NCBI RefSeq assembly: GCF_001194135.2
Contig: NC_068985.1
Span: 43,387,658 to 43,427,479 of the forward strand
DNA: 39,822 nt
From: Octopus bimaculoides
Taxonomy: Eukaryota
Reading direction: 5' to 3'
Every line of letters starts with the position of its first letter. The first letter of the stretch is position 1. The position numbers and the translations under genes are program-made. The notes beneath the pieces are model-generated. The model did not search any database. It was not told the DNA's origin and saw only the letters and a list, made by a program, of their open reading frames with translations. Shown here one piece after another: positions 33,496-39,822 of this stretch.

Positions 33496-35219
33496 GATAT
33501 GGTTGGTTTAAATGTTAATGAGTTAAAGGTATATGTGCCTGTAGAATACTCAGCTACATGCACTATAATTCAATTAGGAGACAGTTCAGATGATCAAGCA
33601 ACTGAAACAGTAATCCTTAAAATCAACAGAGACCCATGTATTTTTATGCATACCTACTCACACAACATATGTACACACATGCATACACACATACATTCAT
33701 TCATATTTTTGCACATACACATATACATACACACACATACATCTACATGTACACAGACATGTATACACACATACACACACATACATGCACACAAACACAT
33801 ACACATTCATGTACATATATGCATTTACATATATATATGCTCAGTCTTAGTTGCAAGTAAGTCTATAACATTTCAAAAAAAGCTCCACTATATTATTTCT
33901 ACATCGCAAACATTTAATATTTCACCAGTCTGGAATATATTCTTCCCACAATCATCTCATTTATTTATTCATTTATTTATTTATTTATTTGCTTTAGTAA
34001 ATTATCTTGCTGGCATTGAAAGACAGATTAGCAGAGCTACAGACAACTGTAATGATAATTACTAGAGAATTTTTGATTGGTTTGTGCATGCTGTGACTAT
34101 ATATCTTCTTAACAACTGTGAATGTAGTATATGCTTGATGATAGTTATCACTAGATTTTTTAGGAGAAAGAATTTGGTATATCATCATCATCATCATCAT
34201 CATCATTATTTTCTATTGTTGAACAAAACTTATTTTACTCTTATTGTTCCTAGTGCTGATTTTTCTTCTCTGATTGATTATGTTTATTCTGAGCTCCATA
34301 TCAATTTATAGGACTAATATGTCTGTATCCAAACACTGATGAGCGAAAACCTATAACAGATGTGGATGATGATTTAATGATGTGTATGTTTTTTTTTTTG
34401 GCTTTTGTTTTTTGCCTATTTAGGTGATTTGTTTTGCAGCCTAGCAACAAGTTTTCTAAACTAGAGAAAAAGAAAGGGTCTTTTGTGTTTGGTTCTGGAT
34501 GGATATAAGCTTTGTTTTAGAAAGAGGAAAAAGTGTAAGTAGCTTCTTGTTAGGCAGACGAATGAAACAAAATGGCTGACTTAAAAAGATTGATACATGA
34601 AGTAGATTGTTATCAAATTAGCAACAAGACATAAGCACGTGCTCTCGAATCTCTAGCTGTCTTTTCTAGAATCTTAATGAACATCTTTTCTCTTTAGATT
34701 AATCACCCTTCCAAAAATACAAAAGAAAAATTCTGTGTGTGTATGTGTGTGTGTGTGTGTGTGTGTGCATGCGTGCATGCGCGTGTGTGTGTGCATGTGT
34801 GTGTGTGTTTTAATTGCTCATCTAGCTACACTGATAGACTTTCAACAAAAGAACCCACGGTTTATATTGTCATTAGCAGAGTGATTTGCTTTTTGCGAAG
34901 ACTCACAAACGTCCCAGTTCAGTCCACTTAGTTTTAAATAGGTACCATGTGTATGTGCACCTCAGTAATATAGACAACAATATTGTAAAGTTTTTGAGTG
35001 TCCTTTCCTTTCCATTCAGCTGAGTGGAAAGGAAAGGAAAGACCATGATGGGCTACCCAGCAAATATTGTAGCAACACAAGCTTCCATTGTTTCAATGAG
35101 TTATGTACATACACATACGTGATGAAACACACACATGTACAAAAGCACACATGTACATATACACACGCACACACACAGACATGCTTATAATATACTCAGC
35201 TAAAATGTCATAACCACTC

Positions 35220-35640
35220 TACCTCATCATCATTTTAACATCCTCTTTTCCATGTTTATATGGGTCAGATGGAGTTTATCAAAAATTTTCTACAGCCAGA
35301 TGCTCTTCCTGTTGCCAACCCTCATCTAGTTCCAAGCATGGTAATATTTTTCTATAGTCAAACATATTCTCACAAAATGGCACTTATTGTGTGACAGTGA
35401 CAATCATTTTACAACTATCACATAATGTCAGGACAAGGACACACACACTATATATATATATATATATATATATGATGAGATTTTTTTTCAGTTACTGTCT
35501 ACCAAATCCACTCTCAAGGTTTTGGTTGGCCCAGGTTTATAGAAGAAAACACTTACACAAGATGCCACACAGTGGGACTGAACCTGGAACCATGTGGATG
35601 GGAAGCAAACTTCTTACCACATAGCTACACCTGTACCTAC
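35220..35640 (-). mobile_element. SINE(s): (GAT)-tailed 3' part plus tRNA head, interrupted by (TA)n
   Basis: catcatcattttaacatcctcttttccatg tail, and gtggtaagaagtttgcttcccatccacatggttccaggttcagtcccactgtgtggcatcttg on the minus strand. Confidence 0.8.
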
Positions 35641-35779
35641 CTCACTTAGATGTTAATGTCTTTGCTAGAAAAACAATCCAATTTTGTAAGAGTTGCTATA
35701 TATAATTGTCAGCATCAAAGCTTAAAATGGAGGGAAAAGCAAAGTTATCTTATTCAGATTTGAAATCTGTGTAATGAGA

Positions 35780-36070
35780 TATAGCTTACGTTATGTTCAT
35801 TCCTTTGACTCCACGTAGAGTGTAGAGTGCCATTCCTCCTCTTGATCCGGATTTTGATAGGTTGCCGGTTCACTTTTCCCCACAAAATTTATATTTGTGA
35901 GTCTGTCTTGTAATCTCACCTGAAAGGATGTTCCAGAGACATCTATTCACAAACATTTGGAACTTATCCATGGAGAACTTTGTGACTCGTCATGTTTCAC
36001 ATGCATACAGCAGAACTGTCATCACAGTTCTGTTGATTGAACAACTGGAATACTCCTTGTTGAAACCCAT
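35780..36070 (-). pseudogene. Old RTE-clade LINE fragment (post-RT region), third lineage in the window
   Basis: The minus strand gives VLLYACET*RVTKFSMDKFQMFVNRCLWNIL and, after frameshifts, TNINFVGK and NRQPIKIRIKRRN. This matches the RTE VLLYG.ETW...Q.F.N.CLR.IL pattern. Confidence 0.75.
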
Positions 36071-36159
36071 AGAGGGAGTCCATTAATTTGTTATGTTCAG
36101 CAAGTTCATCAAATCAGTGGTGTCCATAATAACTCTAACTCTACAGATTAATTCTTCTT

Positions 36160-36490
36160 ATTTTTTATCTTTTACTTGTTCCCATCATTGGTCTGTGGCC
36201 ATGCTGGGGCACCACATTGAAGGGTTTAGTTGCACAAATTGACCCTACTACTTACTTTTAATGTCTGGTACTTAAAATCAATCAATCTCATTTGCTGAAC
36301 TGATAAATTACGGGTATGTAAACAAACACAAAGACATACACACATTCACACATACAGTTTTCATCTACAAAATTCACTCACAAAGCATTGGTTGACCCTG
36401 GGCAATAGTAGAAAACAACTTGCCCAAGGTACCACACAGAAGGACTGAATCCAAAATTGCATGGTTACCAAGTGAGCTTTTTGACCACAA
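36160..36490 (-). mobile_element. tRNA-derived SINE
   Basis: catcattggtctgtggccatgctggggcaccac...cactcacaaagcattggttgaccctgggcaatagtagaaaacaacttgcccaaggtaccacac (reverse head). Confidence 0.8.
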
Positions 36491-36599
36491 AGCCATACCT
36501 GTACCTAACTGAAGTAAATCAATTACTCACATTAAGAGTCCCTAACCCAGGGTTGTCTTAACAGTATCATGTGCTCTGAGTCACAGCAATATACTAGGG

Positions 36600-36969
36600 C
36601 AGTGATTCCCAACCATTTTTTATCTAAGGACCCCTTTGATTGCTGTTTTACTCTGGTGGACCCCATCCCCACCCCTAGCCAATTGATGCTTAACAACTAA
36701 TTTTATAGATACTTCTTTCAAAATTCCTATTCTGCTTTTCACACATTAATTTGTGTAGGTTGAACTATGTTAAACATTAGAGAAAGAAACCTAGCTGTTT
36801 CTTTCAATAAATACATCCAGAGCAAAATATTTTCATAGACCCTTAATATACTGCTGTACATCCCTAATTTACTAATTTTGCATGCATGGATCCCCCACCA
36901 CCACCACCACCACCAAAAAATCTTATATGGACCACCAGGGGTTATATGGACCCTAGTTGAGAACTACTG
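36600..36969. mobile_element. hAT (Charlie-like) MITE
   Basis: TIRs cagtgattcccaac / gttgagaactactg. The 8-bp TSD is tactaggg (36592-36599) / tactagga (36970-36977), a 7/8 match with the central CTAG typical of Charlie targets. Confidence 0.8.
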
Positions 36970-37129
36970 TACTAGGACCTATAGTATTTATTGACAGCAC
37001 ACCACAACTATATCAAATAGCATTAAGCCCCTAAACCCATGACTCTACCCCAGGCAATTGTCTAGTTTACCTATAACTTAAGATAGTATTAGCACAATAT
37101 TTAGTGACTCTTGGTTACTAAATATCATA

Positions 37130-37400
37130 GATAATAGTCTTTCTCTTCATGTAATACATCTAGGACAAGATTGGCAGAGCCTTTTCTTCTTGAGTTAATA
37201 GGAGAGCTGCTACATGGTCAACCTGCTAGAAATAGCAGTCAAATCTACTTCAAAATCACACCCTCCAATCTTAAAAATGGAAGGATATAGTCATAGATAA
37301 AAGAAAAGAAAAATGGATGGTCGTGGCTGAAATGTCTTTGATTATAGGTCCCCTCTATAAAGTCTGACCTGGGGCTAAAAACTAAACAACCAACAAGAAG
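37130..37400 (+). mobile_element. SINE 3' portion of a second family with (CAA)n-like tail (relatives at about 12140, 31650, and minus strand 32710-32910 and 21230-21430)
   Basis: Shared motif ctgctagaaa(t/c)ag.agccaaatct...tcaaa..a at these positions. Confidence 0.6.
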
Positions 37401-37642
37401 AGGTTCCAGTGTTGCTGCAAATTACAGCTAAGTGGATTGTGCCTTTTGAGAGTGAAATATCTTGGTTATACATACACCAGGTAAATAGCTGTAGCAGTTC
37501 AACATTTCAGCTAGTTGCTGTGGTAGTTTAACCCCAGGTCAGCCATGACTGAGTAGACCTATGATCACATGAGTTCCAGCCAGGACAGTATTAGCATTTT
37601 GTATCAATATATTAGGGATTTCATTGTTAAATATGTCTGTAC

Positions 37643-37829
37643 TTAACCCTTTAGCATTCAGACTCTTCTGTAAAATGCAATGCTTAGCTTTGAGATTTTG
37701 ATGATGTGATTGTGTATTTTTGGAATAGCAATTTAGGGTAGGTATGAAAAGCCGGATCTGGCTGGTTTGAACATAAAACAAGAAGAATATTTGGGCTGGA
37801 TATGGCCAGTTTAAATGCTAAAGGGTTAA
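37643..37829. mobile_element. piggyBac-type MITE with TTAA TSD
   Basis: TTAA|ccctttagcatt ... aatgctaaaggg|TTAA, with 12-bp perfect TIRs. Confidence 0.9.
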
Positions 37830-38139
37830 AACAATAAGGTGTGATATGAAGCTCATTTGGTAGATATTTTTAGCAGATCTAGAAACCTCATAGTGGCTCT
37901 TCCATCACCTATCTTTTATGACCTTCTAGTTTACTTTCATCTGATCTATTTCTAACTTATATAAGCACTTCTACTAACTATACTAGTCCTCTTAATATTA
38001 CACCCATTATTCAATCCCACCATGGGTTAAATATTTGATATGTTGCTACAGCTATTTCATCACCTAAATATCTATCATGCCAACCATTCACGCATATACA
38101 CACATTAACACATGTATATCTACATGCATGTATATATGC

Positions 38140-38187
<48 letters not shown>

Positions 38188-39056
38188 NNNNNNNNNNNNN
38201 NNNNNNNNNNNNNNNNNNNNNNNNNNNNNNNNNNNNNNNNNNNNNNNNNNNNNNNNNNNNNNNNNNNNNNNNNNNNNNNNNNNNNNNNNNNNNNNNNNNN
38301 NNNNNNNNNNNNNNNNNNNNNNNNNNNNNNNNNNNNNNNNNNNNNNNNNNNNNNNNNNNNNNNNNNNNNNNNNNNNNNNNNNNNNNNNNNNNNNNNNNNN
38401 NNNNNNNNNNNNNNNNNNNNNNNNNNNNNNNNNNNNNNNNNNNNNNNNNNNNNNNNNNNNNNNNNNNNNNNNNNNNNNNNNNNNNNNNNNNNNNNNNNNN
38501 NNNNNNNNNNNNNNNNNNNNNNNNNNNNNNNNNNNNNNNNNNNNNNNNNNNNNNNNNNNNNNNNNNNNNNNNNNNNNNNNNNNNNNNNNNNNNNNNNNNN
38601 NNNNNNNNNNNNNNNNNNNNNNNNNNNNNNNNNNNNNNNNNNNNNNNNNNNNNNNNNNNNNNNNNNNNNNNNNNNNNNNNNNNNNNNNNNNNNNNNNNNN
38701 NNNNNNNNNNNNNNNNNNNNNNNNNNNNNNNNNNNNNNNNNNNNNNNNNNNNNNNNNNNNNNNNNNNNNNNNNNNNNNNNNNNNNNNNNNNNNNNNNNNN
38801 NNNNNNNNNNNNNNNNNNNNNNNNNNNNNNNNNNNNNNNNNNNNNNNNNNNNNNNNNNNNNNNNNNNNNNNNNNNNNNNNNNNNNNNNNNNNNNNNNNNN
38901 NNNNNNNNNNNNNNNNNNNNNNNNNNNNNNNNNNNNNNNNNNNNNNNNNNNNNNNNNNNNNNNNNNNNNNNNNNNNNNNNNNNNNNNNNNNNNNNNNNNN
39001 NNNNNNNNNNNNNNNNNNNNNNNNNNNNNNNNNNNNNNNNNNNNNNNNNNNNNNNN
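38188..39056. other. Assembly gap (N run)
   Basis: Run of N after (TA)n. Confidence 0.99.
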
Positions 39057-39822
39057 TTACACATCCAGTGGAGCATACTGGCTTCATTCCTTGTGAGCTT
39101 ACGCATGTCCTCAGCAGTCACAGCCCATGTTTCACTGCCATGTAGCATGGCTGTTCGTACACATGCGTCATACAGTCTGCCTTTTACTCTGAGTGAGAGA
39201 CCCATTGTCGCCAGCAGAGGTAAGAGCTCTCTAAACTTTGCTCAGGCTATTCTTATTCTAGCAGCTACACTTTCAGCGCACCCACCCCCACTACTAACTT
39301 GGTCACCCAGACAGCGGAAGCTATCGACTACCTCTAGTTTTTCACCCTGGAATGAGATAGAAGTTGTTTCCTGTTTGTTTACAGTGTTTATTGCATCTGA
39401 ACATCTGCCACATACAAAAACTAACTTCGTTGTTAATCTGCCTTTGATATTGCTGCACCTCTTCTTATGTGTCCATAGCTTGCACCGGGTACATCTTATA
39501 GAGTTACTACCTACTCCTTTTCTGCATACTGAGCAGGGCCATTTACCTGAAGGGGTTTGTGTTTTATCTACCTTCCTACTTATTAGGATTTTGGTTTTTG
39601 CTAGGTTGACTCTAAGGCCCTTCGATTCTAGTCCTTGCTTCCACACCTGAAACTTCTCCTCTAGTTCTGATAGTGACTCTGCAATTAGTGCAAGGTCATC
39701 AGCATAGAGGAGCTCCCAGGGGCAACCTGTCTTGAATTCCTCTGTGATCGCCTGGAGGACTATGATAAATAGGAGGGGGCTGAGGACGGAACCTTGGTGG
39801 ACCCCTACCTCTACCCGGAATT
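39057..39822 (-). mobile_element. RTE-clade LINE ORF fragment: RT domain with an inserted PHD-like finger; one in-frame stop
   Basis: GVHQGSVLSPLLF...WELLYADDLAL (YADD at 39695-39706), GLRVNLAKTK, a C4HC3 insert at 39401-39535, VDSFRCLGD, and LYDACVRTAMLHGSETW. The element runs off the window end and into the gap. Confidence 0.93.

Noticed and set aside
34325-34370. CTGATGA-gc-GAAA hammerhead-like motif
   Set aside because: There is no stem II, and no valid stem III or cleavage triplet adjoining stem I. At best a deleted relic.
1832-39650. Long ORFs rich in YIYI/HTHT/CVCV or X in the supplied track
   Set aside because: They are translations of (TA)n/(CA)n microsatellites or N gaps, not genes.

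Overview
AT-rich animal genomic DNA, most likely a coleoid cephalopod of the Octopus type. This is inferred from the repeat families and the (TA)n/(CAT)n microsatellite load. There are four N gaps (3242-3624, 6667-6676, 8793-9004, 38188-39056). I found no intact, recognisable host protein-coding gene; most supplied ORFs are microsatellite, gap or SINE artefacts. The window is a transposon mosaic. It has three distinct RTE-clade LINE fragments (967-1897 +, about 35780-36070 -, 39057-39822 -), an L1/Tx1 3' fragment, a CR1-like 3' fragment and a Penelope-like GIY-YIG remnant. It also has Tigger/pogo and Tc1 transposase ends, MITEs of piggyBac, hAT, mariner and GG-ended 8-bp-TSD type, and many tRNA-derived SINEs. 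The most notable signals are RNA-structural. A well-formed minimal type I hammerhead ribozyme lies at 4995-5040 in a Penelope-type pseudo-LTR, with decayed relatives elsewhere. A roughly 760-820 bp tandem/inverted repeat array (6784-8792) carries in three copies the hammerhead core elements in permuted (type II-like) order, with a compensated stem I. Other observations are an LTR-end/tRNA-Trp PBS/LTR-end micro-remnant, a PHD-like finger inside an RTE reverse transcriptase, a MITE with a back-to-back telomeric palindrome, and a speculative set of minus-strand exons. Boundaries of old repeats are approximate, and family names come from recognition of motifs, not from database searches.
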